From the NCBI GenBank assembly GCA_965208675.1, contig OZ242351.1:4128001-4192000 (forward strand): DNA of 64,000 bases. Reading direction: 5' to 3'. Source of the stretch: Candidatus Poribacteria bacterium (lineage in GTDB: Bacteria > Poribacteria > WGA-4E > PCPOR2b). The notes beneath the pieces are model-generated. The model saw only the letters and a list, made by a program, of their open reading frames with translations, made no database searches and was not told where the DNA came from. Both the position numbers and the translations under genes were made by a program. Positions 10,935 to 20,399 of this stretch are shown here, one piece after another (within the stretch, counting starts at the first letter, position 1; every line of letters begins with the position of its first letter).

Positions 10935-11633
10935 ATGGAAATCGGTTCAATTCATGACGCGGCAGCAAGCGGCGATTTGGACGCAGTGAAGAGATTCGTT
11001 GAACGAGACCCGCAGTTGGTCAATCAAGATGACGAATATGAATGGCGTCCGATTTTCCATGCCGGACTAAGACGCCATTATAATGTTGTCAAATATCTGA
11101 TAGATTCGGGTGCCGATTTGGCGGCTCATGACGGCTATGCCTTGCACTATGCGGGTGAAGTACCGGACAATAAGGATATCGTGTCGCTGCTCGTTTCCTA
11201 TGGTGGGTTGGATGCACACACCAAACCATCATCCGAGCCCGCTCGGCAGTTTATATATGCCGTTTTTTTAGCTAATGTGACGCGGGTAAAATCCATGCTC
11301 GGCGAAAATCCAGCGTTAGTACGGGAGCGCTACGCACGGGGTGATACCGCTTTGCACCATGCCGCTCGAAACGGTGACATTGAAATCGCAAAACAGTTGG
11401 TCTCCTGTGGTGCAGATGTTAATGCAACATCAGATCACGAGCATTTTCCTTTATACTGTGCAGCCGGACATGGACACTTAGAAACCACCCGATATCTAGT
11501 AGAAAACGGCGCAGATTTAAGGGCTAGACTTAGCGATGGAAAAACAGTTGGTGAATGGTTAAGACAGTATGCGGACGCCGACAGCCGATTTAGGTTATGT
11601 CTAGATTTTTTGGAAGCACAAGGTGCGACGTGA
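10935..11633 (+). CDS. Ankyrin repeat protein
   Basis: IHDAAASGDL, TALHHAARNGDIEIAKQLVSCGADVN, PLYCAAGHGHLE. Confidence 0.9.
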   Translation: MEIGSIHDAAASGDLDAVKRFVERDPQLVNQDDEYEWRPIFHAGLRRHYNVVKYLIDSGADLAAHDGYALHYAGEVPDNKDIVSLLVSYGGLDAHTKPSSEPARQFIYAVFLANVTRVKSMLGENPALVRERYARGDTALHHAARNGDIEIAKQLVSCGADVNATSDHEHFPLYCAAGHGHLETTRYLVENGADLRARLSDGKTVGEWLRQYADADSRFRLCLDFLEAQGAT

Positions 11634-11767
11634 TACGGGCTTTCGGAAATTCTTTCAGCAGCGTGTTCCTTGAACAGTTTCGGATGATAGGGTTGCCAAA
11701 CATTCCTGTTGCTCCAAAGACTGTATGCGGCACACGATTTTAGTAGAGATTCCCTCAGGGAGGTGTC

Positions 11768-12511
11768 ATGTCGATTGAATCTTTAGCCGACTTTGAAGGC
11801 ATGTCGCGGGTCGGAAAAGCTGTTGCGGCAACGTTGAGGGCAATGTCGGACTACGTTCGTCCGGGGGTTTCGACTGCAGAAGTAGATTTCGTTGGCGCGC
11901 AAGTTCTCAGGCAGCACGGGGCGCGGTCAGCACCACAGTATTTCTATGATTTCCCTGCAGTCAATCTGATTAGCGTCAACGATGAGGTCGTTCACGGTAT
12001 TCCCGGCGATCGGCTTTTGCGATCCGGGGATTTGGTAAGCCTTGACGTTACCGCAGAGTTAGATGGATACATCGCGGATGCGGCTACAACCATTCCGCTC
12101 CCACCGTATTCTAAAGAGGCCGCGAAGTTGTGCCGTTGTGCGGAAACAGCCTTTGAGAAGGCGGCGGCGGTTGCTCGTGCCGGAAGCCCCATCCATTGTA
12201 TTGGTAAAGCCGTTGAACGAGAGGCGGGCAAAGATGGGTTCGCCGTGATTAAGGAGTTAGGAGGTCACGGTGTTGGTAGACACATCCATGAAAATCCGTT
12301 CGTTGCCAACTTTTTCCATCCAACCGATACGCAGCCGTTGACTGACGGTCTGGTTATCGCGATTGAACCGCTGATTGCTGAACGTTCGGGGAAAATCTTT
12401 GAGGACGATGATGGCTGGACAATTCGAACAGTCGATGGCGGTCTATCTGCACATTATGAACACACCGTAGTGATTAGGGAAGGTAAACCTATTTTACTTA
12501 CGGTGGCGTAG
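11768..12511 (+). CDS. map: Type I methionyl aminopeptidase
   Basis: SVNDEVVHGIP, SLDV...DGYIADAA, GHGVGRHIHE, AIEP, SAHYEHT; GGAGG RBS. Confidence 0.92.
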   Translation: MSIESLADFEGMSRVGKAVAATLRAMSDYVRPGVSTAEVDFVGAQVLRQHGARSAPQYFYDFPAVNLISVNDEVVHGIPGDRLLRSGDLVSLDVTAELDGYIADAATTIPLPPYSKEAAKLCRCAETAFEKAAAVARAGSPIHCIGKAVEREAGKDGFAVIKELGGHGVGRHIHENPFVANFFHPTDTQPLTDGLVIAIEPLIAERSGKIFEDDDGWTIRTVDGGLSAHYEHTVVIREGKPILLTVA

Positions 12512-12618
12512 CGGTTAGTGTTCTGTTGACGCACGTTTCTTGCTGCGGAAAATATGCGCTTCCGCCTTTCAGATTACGGCGAGCGTCATTTGAGAAGTGT
12601 CGCACGAAAGGCTTCAAA

Positions 12619-13458
12619 ATGAAGACCAACAGTCCGTTCCACGATGAAACCTACCTTCGAGCCAACCGGGAGAATTGGAATGAACGGGTCGAACACCACT
12701 ACGGCACGAAGTATTACGATGTTCAAGGATTTCTCTCTGGCAGATGCACGTTAAAGCCGGTCGAGTTCAAAGCACTTGGTGAAGTTACCGGAAAGCGAAT
12801 TCTCCATCTGCAATGCCACTTTGGTCTCGATACGCTTTCACTTAGCAGAATGGGCGGAATCGTGACGGGTATAGACTTTTCCGAGGCAGCAATTCGGAAA
12901 GCAAAGAATCTTAGCGAAATGACCAAGCTGAATGCCGAGTTCCATTGCGCTGATGTCCACTCTGTGTGTGATGTTCTGGATTGTGGTTCATTCGATCTCG
13001 TCTTTGCCTCTTACGGCGTGTTCTGCTGGATACAGGATCTCTATCGATGGTTTTCGGTTGCGAGCGCAATGTTGAAACCTGATGGCAGAATTTTCGTAAT
13101 CGATGGACATCCGGCACTCGACATGCTTAACTATGATGCCGCGGACGACTGGTTTTCGTTCAACGGACACTATTTCCACGAGGAGACCCCGGAACTATGC
13201 ACTGTAAAGGAGTCTTACACTGGTGAAGGCGGTAGTCTGGTGAATTCCACAACCTACCAGTGGTACCACCATCTTGGTGAATATGCCACCGCGGTTGGAT
13301 CCGCTGGTCTCATAATCCATTCGTTAGCGGAGTACCCCTATTGCCATTTTCGCAAGTTCCCGTGCATGGTTCAACGCTCCGATGGCTATTGGGAGATTCC
13401 GAATCACAGCTTACCCATCATGTTCTCCATGGATTGCAGGAAGGCGGCTATTGTGTAA
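12619..13458 (+). CDS. Class I SAM-dependent methyltransferase
   Basis: NRENWNER, LHLQCHFGLDTLSL, GIDFS, FDLVFASYG, LKPDG. Start set at ATG 12619. Confidence 0.85.
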   Translation: MKTNSPFHDETYLRANRENWNERVEHHYGTKYYDVQGFLSGRCTLKPVEFKALGEVTGKRILHLQCHFGLDTLSLSRMGGIVTGIDFSEAAIRKAKNLSEMTKLNAEFHCADVHSVCDVLDCGSFDLVFASYGVFCWIQDLYRWFSVASAMLKPDGRIFVIDGHPALDMLNYDAADDWFSFNGHYFHEETPELCTVKESYTGEGGSLVNSTTYQWYHHLGEYATAVGSAGLIIHSLAEYPYCHFRKFPCMVQRSDGYWEIPNHSLPIMFSMDCRKAAIV

Positions 13459-13571
13459 CCGCACAGTTTTCGTTGCGGCGATACCGCACCTTTTCCCCGA
13501 CAACGCTCGACAAGCTTGGGGATCGCGGACCGGCGTAACGTATGCCAAAGGTAGGCAAGAACGGCAAACCA

Positions 13572-14396
13572 ATGCGTGAAGGTGATGTTTTCCAAAACAC
13601 AAAAATTCCCGTTACAGTCGAATCGTTGCAGTCCGATTTTCGTGCGCTTGGCGTTAGGGCGGGGCTGGTATTGATGGTACATTCATCCTTGAGCGCGATG
13701 GGATGGGTGTGCGGCGGAGCTGTGGCGGTCATACTGGCACTTCAGGAAGTCTTAGGCGCCGCTGGGACGCTTGTGATGCCCGCCCATTCAACGGACTTGA
13801 CAGAGCCAAGCGAGTGGCAAAATCCCTCTGTACCTGAGTCGTGGTGGCAGGTCATACGTGCGTACATGCCAGCCTACCATCCGGACCTGACGCCCACACG
13901 CTCAATGGGTGTTATTGCAGAGACGTTCCGAAAGCAAAATGGCGTTCTCCGCAGCGCACATCCGCACCACTCGTTTTGTGCACGTGGCCCTCAAGCGTCG
14001 CACATTACAGATAACCATCCATTGGCGTTTGGCATGGGAGAGGGTTCGCCGCTTGCGAGAATCTACGATTTGGACGGTTTTGTATTGCTTCAAGGTGTCG
14101 GTCATAACCGCAATAAATCAATGCACCTCGCAGAATATCGGGCGGCCTACCGAACCAAACACACGGTACAACAGGGGGCGCCGATTTCATCGTCGGGTTC
14201 AAGGAGATGGACCATCTTTGAAAATATCGATCTTGACAGTTCCGATTTTGAGCGTATCGGTGAGGACTTTCTTCAATCTGATGCGGGAAAACTGGTACGT
14301 CGCGGCACAGTTGGTCTTGCAGCGTGCCAACTCATGTCACAACGCGCCATCGTTGACTTCGCTGTTGATTGGCTTGAAGGGCATAGGACGCAGTGA
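13572..14396 (+). CDS. AAC(3)/YokD family N-acetyltransferase
   Basis: VHSSLSAMGWVCGG, GTLVMPAHS, RSAHPHHSF, GEGSPL, MHLAE. Confidence 0.9.
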   Translation: MREGDVFQNTKIPVTVESLQSDFRALGVRAGLVLMVHSSLSAMGWVCGGAVAVILALQEVLGAAGTLVMPAHSTDLTEPSEWQNPSVPESWWQVIRAYMPAYHPDLTPTRSMGVIAETFRKQNGVLRSAHPHHSFCARGPQASHITDNHPLAFGMGEGSPLARIYDLDGFVLLQGVGHNRNKSMHLAEYRAAYRTKHTVQQGAPISSSGSRRWTIFENIDLDSSDFERIGEDFLQSDAGKLVRRGTVGLAACQLMSQRAIVDFAVDWLEGHRTQ

Positions 14397-14420
14397 ACCA
14401 GTCAGGAATTCGGTGATTCC

Positions 14421-14999
14421 GTGGATAATCCAAATATTGTTATCATCGGCGATGAATCGCAGGCTGGAACATACGTTCTGCGGATTCATCTCAATGCGGA
14501 CACTTCATTACGGTTCGGGCGATTCAAGCGTGGGAAATTGATTTCGCTGCCCGCCGGTGAATACGCCTATGTCGGCTCCGCGCTCTCGGAGAAAGGTTCG
14601 ACATCTCTGGCGCGGCGGCTGATACGACACGCAACTCGAAGTGAGGGTCAAGCACCGCACCGTATTCGAGAAGAGATGATGCGCCGATGCGTTGAATGCG
14701 GTTTGGGAAACGGCGACTTGCTGCCAAAGCGCGGTAAAACCTTATTCTGGAACATTGACTTCCTCTTGGATTTGGGTTCGGCGGAGATTGCGGGCGTCTA
14801 CGCCATTCGGTCAGGAAAACGATTGGAAAGCAGGCTTGCCAAACACCTTGAGCGGGATTCACACACGGAAGTTATCGAACGCGGTGTAGGTGCGAACGAT
14901 GTCCCAGGCAACACACATCTGTTGCTCGTCCGCGCGGAGGAGCGGTGGTGGGCGTCGCTCGCGGCGAAACTTGCTAACGTGGGTGACGGTAGTTCGTAG
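14421..14999 (+). CDS. DUF123 / Uri-superfamily (GIY-YIG-like) endonuclease
   Basis: GTYVL, GEYAYVGSA, LARRLIRH, WNIDFLL, GANDVPGNTHL. Confidence 0.75.
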   Translation: MDNPNIVIIGDESQAGTYVLRIHLNADTSLRFGRFKRGKLISLPAGEYAYVGSALSEKGSTSLARRLIRHATRSEGQAPHRIREEMMRRCVECGLGNGDLLPKRGKTLFWNIDFLLDLGSAEIAGVYAIRSGKRLESRLAKHLERDSHTEVIERGVGANDVPGNTHLLLVRAEERWWASLAAKLANVGDGSS

Positions 15000-15158
15000 T
15001 CGGCGTATGACGGAAGTATCCTATCGGCATCCTGAGCAGAGCGGAAGCTGGTTCGCGAATCAGCTAATTGCGCAGCACCGATGAATACATCGGGGGACAA
15101 CGTGTGGATACACGCTTCTGTATTCGTACCCGAAAACCGTATAGATAAAGAAAAAGGC

Positions 15159-15305
15159 GAGTTTGCACGTAAAGACAGATAAAACCATTTTCATATGGCG
15201 GGAACAGCAGACCACAAAAGAATTTAATTTTCCCGGTTTCTTTCTGTTAGTAGAATTATACTGTAAATCTATCTACATGTTTACACACTCTTTGAATTAT
15301 GTGCC
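15159..15305. repeat. Direct repeat flanking the lectin gene (copy A)
   Basis: gagtttgcacgtaaagacagataaaaccatt...cagaccacaa...taattttcccggt...tgtaaatctatctaca, matching 16983-17145. Confidence 0.7.
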
Positions 15306-15313
15306 ACGTTTAA

Positions 15314-16822
15314 TTACCTATCCCCCAACGGTGCTTTACCGTCAATCCGTTTTTCAAGGATGGCTACTCTAGGTAATGATGCACTTAAGTCTCCACCTGC
15401 AAGTTGCCCATGTGTACGCCACTGTCCACGTAAATTCCCGCCCATGCTACCATAAGTATCAGCCTCTGTATGCTCCGGTTGACTCCTCATCCAGTTGGTA
15501 TAGACAACTGGTTCCCCGCTGTTCCACTGCCATTCGCCCGCTTCAACTGAATAGGTCAACCCAATCCAATAGGAATGAAAGCCAAAGTGCTCGACCAGCC
15601 ATTCCTGCTCGGTACTGTCATTTATTGAAACGAGTTGTGCACCTTCTGTGCGTGCTTTGGTTTGGGCATCTTGCCAACTGCTGCAACGAATGCTTTTGTA
15701 AAGGCTTTCATTGGGAGCCCCAATCCACACGCCAAGCATGTTCGGTTCGGTGGGTGCCATCAATCCCATCATATCCCGAATTGGTGTGTCGTTGAGTGTG
15801 AAAACTACGTCTTTTCGTTCTTCCCCAGATTTGACCGTAAACTTCGATGTCGCAGAGAGTCCTTGATATTCTACGGAAGCGACATAGACTCCACGTTGTG
15901 GTAAATATTCGATAAAATAACCGGCATAATCGGTCACGGGCCGGCGACTTGAATGGTGGAGAGAATTTTTATCCGAACCGTCACTGCGTACGTCTAACAT
16001 GAACATTGCTTTCGGAAGGGCGGTGCCGTCCTCAAATACGATTCGTCCCCGCATTGACATGGAAGTTTCTTGGAGCGTGAAGACCAGATCTTCCCGCTGC
16101 TCTCCACCTTTTAGGGTAAACTCGGACGTTGCCGAAAGCCCTTGACATTTCACCGATACCTTGTAGGATGCGACCTCGAAATTAGGCTCATCAACGTATC
16201 TCACAAAGTAACCGTCGGAGTTCGTTCGCGTTGACCAATCTTTAAACTCTTTTCTGGCCAGCCTCCCAATGTCATACTCACGTTGCTCGTGGAGGTCGAT
16301 CTGTGCGTTAGCAAACTGTGTGCCATCCTTGGAAACCACCTTTCCCCGATACCGAGTACGAGGCCGCGCCGTGATTCTCACGTTTTCGAGATGTGTTCCC
16401 GGCTCAACCAAAAACTTAATCCCTTTTGGGTGCGACAGGATTGTTGGATAGACGGTTATCGCGCCGACTTTCATTGATAGCAATTCATAACTTTTCTGAG
16501 ATTCCTGCGGCGTTGAAGACGATCCAATCAGTTGAACCGGGCCGGACATTACGTGGGTGATAAAGAAGTGTCCCGCTTCATCGGTTTTATCGACAGATAT
16601 TATCGGAAGGCCGCCATTTTCCGCAACAGCATAGCCGTTGACAAGTTTTATGGGCTTCATGGTTAGAGGAAACCCGGCGACCGGGTTCCCTTCTACATCA
16701 ACTACACGCCCAGAGAGTGTGCTTGGGATTTTGGGCGTGATGCCGAGCGACACGGAGGTCAGCAACAACGCCACAATCCCGGTAATTGATGTCACGCTGA
16801 ATTTGAATATTGAACGATTCAT
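15314..16822 (-). CDS. Secreted protein with carboxypeptidase-regulatory-like beta-sandwich repeats and a C-terminal C-type lectin domain
   Basis: Signal peptide. LSGRVVDVEGNPV...TDEAGHF domain. Two internal repeats ending GLSATS.FT.K.GE...D.VFTL. CTLD motifs SWQDAQ...LVSIND..EQEWL...YWIGL...WNSGEPVVYTNW. Confidence 0.8.
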   Translation of the reverse strand: MNRSIFKFSVTSITGIVALLLTSVSLGITPKIPSTLSGRVVDVEGNPVAGFPLTMKPIKLVNGYAVAENGGLPIISVDKTDEAGHFFITHVMSGPVQLIGSSSTPQESQKSYELLSMKVGAITVYPTILSHPKGIKFLVEPGTHLENVRITARPRTRYRGKVVSKDGTQFANAQIDLHEQREYDIGRLARKEFKDWSTRTNSDGYFVRYVDEPNFEVASYKVSVKCQGLSATSEFTLKGGEQREDLVFTLQETSMSMRGRIVFEDGTALPKAMFMLDVRSDGSDKNSLHHSSRRPVTDYAGYFIEYLPQRGVYVASVEYQGLSATSKFTVKSGEERKDVVFTLNDTPIRDMMGLMAPTEPNMLGVWIGAPNESLYKSIRCSSWQDAQTKARTEGAQLVSINDSTEQEWLVEHFGFHSYWIGLTYSVEAGEWQWNSGEPVVYTNWMRSQPEHTEADTYGSMGGNLRGQWRTHGQLAGGDLSASLPRVAILEKRIDGKAPLGDR

Positions 16823-16982
16823 AGTGAATATCCCCTTTCGGTTGGTGCGCTGTGAAAGATTGAAAAATAGAATCTACGCAAGAATCATCAAACCATCTCC
16901 ATATTACCATATTTCCCTTTTTTTGGATTGGGGTCATGAGTCTAGGTTTCCTCCCGTTAATCAAGAATTGTATAATCTTTGA

Positions 16983-17145
16983 GAGTTTTCACGTAAAGAT
17001 AGATAAAGCCATTTGCTGATAGCGGAGCATTTTCAGATGGCTGGAAATGCAGACCACAACCGGATCTAATTTTCCCGGTCTTTTTCTGTTTGTAAAATGA
17101 TATTGTAAACCTATCTACAAATTTACGCTCTCGGAAATACGTCCG
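16983..17145. repeat. Direct repeat flanking the lectin gene (copy B)
   Basis: gagttttcacgtaaagatagataaagccatt...cagaccacaa...taattttcccggt...tgtaaacctatctaca. Confidence 0.7.
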
Positions 17146-17218
17146 CGCGCGGTAAAACTGGGGCAAATGGACGCCGCTGTGATTTAGATGTCGTCGCTGG
17201 CCTCAAGTCAATCCCTCA

Positions 17219-20017
17219 TCATTGGTTTTCCAAATGACTCACATCTATCTTCCAACACTGAATGTTTGAATCACCCTGAGAAAATAAGATTGTTTTGCCG
17301 TTCGGTGCCATAAAGATAGGATTAGCGTTTACCGGTATGCTAAACGAGAACTCCTTGGAAATTGAGCCATCAAGCGAAACACGCTGGAATTTACCGAGAT
17401 ACGCATATGCAAGGTAAGTCTTACCGTCAGGAGACCAACTTAATCGGACACAATTCTTGCGTAGCTTTGTTGATTTTCCGCCATCTAAAGACGCCAGCCA
17501 GGTTTCTCTGTGTATTTCGAACGTCAGTTGCTTTCCATCAGGTGTCCAGCCAATCTGCATCTCATGTTCTGGAGTGTTGGTAATTCGCTTGGGTGCTCCA
17601 CCCGATGCAGAAAGAACGTACAGATCGCCTTCCATTTCAGGATAATGAAATGCTCCCTTCTCCCTCTCCAATCGAAGAAATGCCATACTTTTCCCATCGG
17701 GTGACCAAGCTACTTCTCCGACTACTCCTGGCTCTGTGAGTCGTTTTACGTGACCACTCGAAACAACAACAATACAGAGTTGAACCTGGTTAATGCCCTT
17801 GGCATCAAGAAATGCGATTCGTTGTCCATCGGGCGACCAGCGCGGCTTGCGGACATAGAAATCCCCTTGGATTAACTGTTTGGACCGTCCTCCTGACACT
17901 GGCATGATTTGAAGTGTGGAATTCTCGTAAAGCTTTTCACCTTGAGCAGACATTTTTAACTTTCGCCGTACGAACGCAATCCGCTTGCCATCAGGAGAAA
18001 AGGTGGATTCACCAAGCTCGATTCTCTTCGGGAGTGAAATAGGCACCGGTGTCAACTCGCCGGTTTCTACATTCAGGAGGCCGGGTTTTTGGTTGCCCGA
18101 CGATGGGAGACATAAATGTTTGCCGTCGGCTAGCCATTGTAAGGGTTCAGACTGCCACATTAAACTCGGGTCCAGGCTCATGGTTCGGTATTCACCGTTT
18201 TTGAGACTAAGAGCATAGGTTTTATCATTGAAAGACGTTTCCACCATGATAATTTCTCCTCCGGAAGTCCACCTGATTGGTCTGCCAAACATATCCGAAT
18301 CTGACATAACAGCCTTGAGAAGAATTGGTTTTCCCGAAAAATTTCCTTCCTTATTGACGCGAGAGGCGTAAAACCCTTTATGACTGTTTAAACTTTGGGT
18401 GAAGTTGGAATAATAAGCCATCCACCGTCCATCGGGTGAATATACGAGCGGCTTTAGTGCAGAACCATCTACTACGATCCTTTGCTTATCACCGTCTAAC
18501 GCGTGAATCCACCTGCGGCTACCAACCCCAACGCCTCGTCGCGATAAATAATTAATCCATCTTCCATCTCCCGACCAAATTGGGTTGGTATTCTCTTTGC
18601 CATCGGTCGTAAATGGACGAATCTTCCCCGTAGCGATTGATACGATGAAGATATCTGTGTTTTCACCGTTAACCCTTTCAAATGCGAGTTCCTTCCCGCC
18701 GGGCGACCAACTTAGGCCTTCTGGCCCCCTGTTGGAACCGGTTTCCGCTAGGAAACGAATTTTGCCTCCAGACACGGGAATAAGACATACGTCCATGTCT
18801 TCACCCGTTCCGGGACTCGTCCCAGTCGAAGGACTGTGACGATAAAATGCAATCCACCGTCCGTCCGGAGACCACTTCGGTACATAATAGACCGTTGGAA
18901 TACCCTCATCCACCAAAACCGTCGGTTTAACCGGCATATCTTGCGATGCGGATGTTACGGGCAAAACCAAAAGACCACGTGGAGTTGAAGAAGGCCCCCA
19001 ACTGAAGTAAGCCATTTTTGTTCCATCGGGCGAAAAATCCAGATTTCCATGAGGATTGACACCATCAGGAAGGTATACGCCCGTTAATGATACACCATTT
19101 TTCTGCGAGGATCTGAGTTGTCCATCTCCGGTTAGCAGTTTCCGTCGCGCCGGTTTCTGCCCAAAATCACCATTTTCCCCTTCAGCGCCGAGTATCGCAA
19201 CCCGAGTCGCTTCCACATCTACGGGAAGGTCGCCATCCTCGAAAACCTGTGTGTTCAGAGGCAGAGAGCCGCCGAGCCATTCGCCCAACGGATAAAGCGG
19301 GCTGTGCGGAAGGCTCAAACTCAAAAGCAAAAGAATTACCCCGCCTGCTGCGGATAGCCCCAAAGGCAGCGCGGTCTTGTGGGGTGCGGTTTGAATCTTT
19401 GCGTTACTGATTAACTCTACCACATGGGCGGTGAATCCCGGCTGTAATTTTCTTTCGGCAAAAGCAGTGCGTATCATTGGAATCATCTCCTCACTTAAGG
19501 CAGTTTTCAATTTTGCTCTGGCTCGCACGAGTCGCTGATCGATGGTGTTTGGAGACACTCGCAAAGTTTGGGCAATCTCCTTGCTTTTCATGCCTGCCAT
19601 GTAACGGAGCATTAACACTTGACGGTGCATCTCGGGGAGAGAAGCCAATGCGTCGTGAACCCGTTCATTTTTCAGTTTTTCCGAGTGTGCCTCAACGTCC
19701 ATTCGATGATTCTCGTCTTGCTCGGCAAGGTGCGCCGTGACGACCTGTCTTTTTTGGGCGCGGTGATAATTCTTGCACTGATTCGAAGCAATGGAATAGA
19801 GCCACGGATAGAAGTTGTCCCATCGCCGCAGAGTTGACAGGTTCTTATACGCTTCAAGAAAGACATCCTGAGTTAAATCTTCAGCGTCATGAAACTGTCC
19901 GACCTTCGCGTACACGAGCGCGAAGATGCGCTCTTTGTATTTGTCAACCAACAGGGCAAATGTCTCCGTGTTTCCCGAAAGACATTGATGAACGATATGA
20001 CCATCTCTAGTGTGCAT
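17219..20017 (-). CDS. ECF sigma-70 factor fused to TM helix and TolB-like PD40 beta-propellers (copy 1)
   Basis: sigma2 DAEDLTQDVFLEAY...FYPWLYSIA; sigma4 LPEMHRQVLMLRY...EIA...SPNTIDQRLVRAR; TM LGLSAAGGVILLLLSLSL; about 12 (W/F)SPDG repeats. Confidence 0.9.
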   Translation of the reverse strand: MHTRDGHIVHQCLSGNTETFALLVDKYKERIFALVYAKVGQFHDAEDLTQDVFLEAYKNLSTLRRWDNFYPWLYSIASNQCKNYHRAQKRQVVTAHLAEQDENHRMDVEAHSEKLKNERVHDALASLPEMHRQVLMLRYMAGMKSKEIAQTLRVSPNTIDQRLVRARAKLKTALSEEMIPMIRTAFAERKLQPGFTAHVVELISNAKIQTAPHKTALPLGLSAAGGVILLLLSLSLPHSPLYPLGEWLGGSLPLNTQVFEDGDLPVDVEATRVAILGAEGENGDFGQKPARRKLLTGDGQLRSSQKNGVSLTGVYLPDGVNPHGNLDFSPDGTKMAYFSWGPSSTPRGLLVLPVTSASQDMPVKPTVLVDEGIPTVYYVPKWSPDGRWIAFYRHSPSTGTSPGTGEDMDVCLIPVSGGKIRFLAETGSNRGPEGLSWSPGGKELAFERVNGENTDIFIVSIATGKIRPFTTDGKENTNPIWSGDGRWINYLSRRGVGVGSRRWIHALDGDKQRIVVDGSALKPLVYSPDGRWMAYYSNFTQSLNSHKGFYASRVNKEGNFSGKPILLKAVMSDSDMFGRPIRWTSGGEIIMVETSFNDKTYALSLKNGEYRTMSLDPSLMWQSEPLQWLADGKHLCLPSSGNQKPGLLNVETGELTPVPISLPKRIELGESTFSPDGKRIAFVRRKLKMSAQGEKLYENSTLQIMPVSGGRSKQLIQGDFYVRKPRWSPDGQRIAFLDAKGINQVQLCIVVVSSGHVKRLTEPGVVGEVAWSPDGKSMAFLRLEREKGAFHYPEMEGDLYVLSASGGAPKRITNTPEHEMQIGWTPDGKQLTFEIHRETWLASLDGGKSTKLRKNCVRLSWSPDGKTYLAYAYLGKFQRVSLDGSISKEFSFSIPVNANPIFMAPNGKTILFSQGDSNIQCWKIDVSHLENQ

Positions 20018-20055
20018 TGGCGCTCCCTCGAATGAGATGATTGTTACTGCCTTTA

Positions 20056-20100
20056 TAGTAACCGCTCAACCCCGAATTCTGACATCGGGTTGATTTTTTT
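20056..20100 (-). promoter_or_regulatory. Putative ECF promoter of copy 1
   Basis: A-tract, then TGTCAG-N16-GTTACTA on the - strand; one of five copies of this motif. Confidence 0.65.
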
Positions 20101-20296
20101 GAGGAGAAACGTCGCAACCGCTACAGGGGAATTGAAAGCGTTCCCGCGAATATTTTACTTTGTCTGAATCAGGATTGACAGGATTTTAGGATATTCAGGA
20201 TGTTGCATCCGCTCATACTGAAACTGATTGTGCACAGACGTGAACATTGGGGGACAGGAAATGGGGATGCACATGCAGTGGATGTTTGCCGTGTAT

Positions 20297-20346
20297 AGAA
20301 AAGAAAAAGGCGTCCATCTGCCGTGAAACTGGGGCAAATGGACGCC
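20297..20346 (-). terminator. Intrinsic terminator after copy 2
   Basis: GGCGTCCATTTGCC-loop-GGCAGATGGACGCC followed by TTTTTCTTTTCT. Confidence 0.8.
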
Positions 20347-20399
20347 GTTATTAAACTCTCAAATTATGGGCGTGTCTGTTGTATACTTTGAGGAATCCG

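Noticed and set aside
2344-14396. APH-like and AAC(3) genes as true antibiotic resistance genes
   Set aside because: Family motifs only. These families are broad and the substrate cannot be inferred from sequence.
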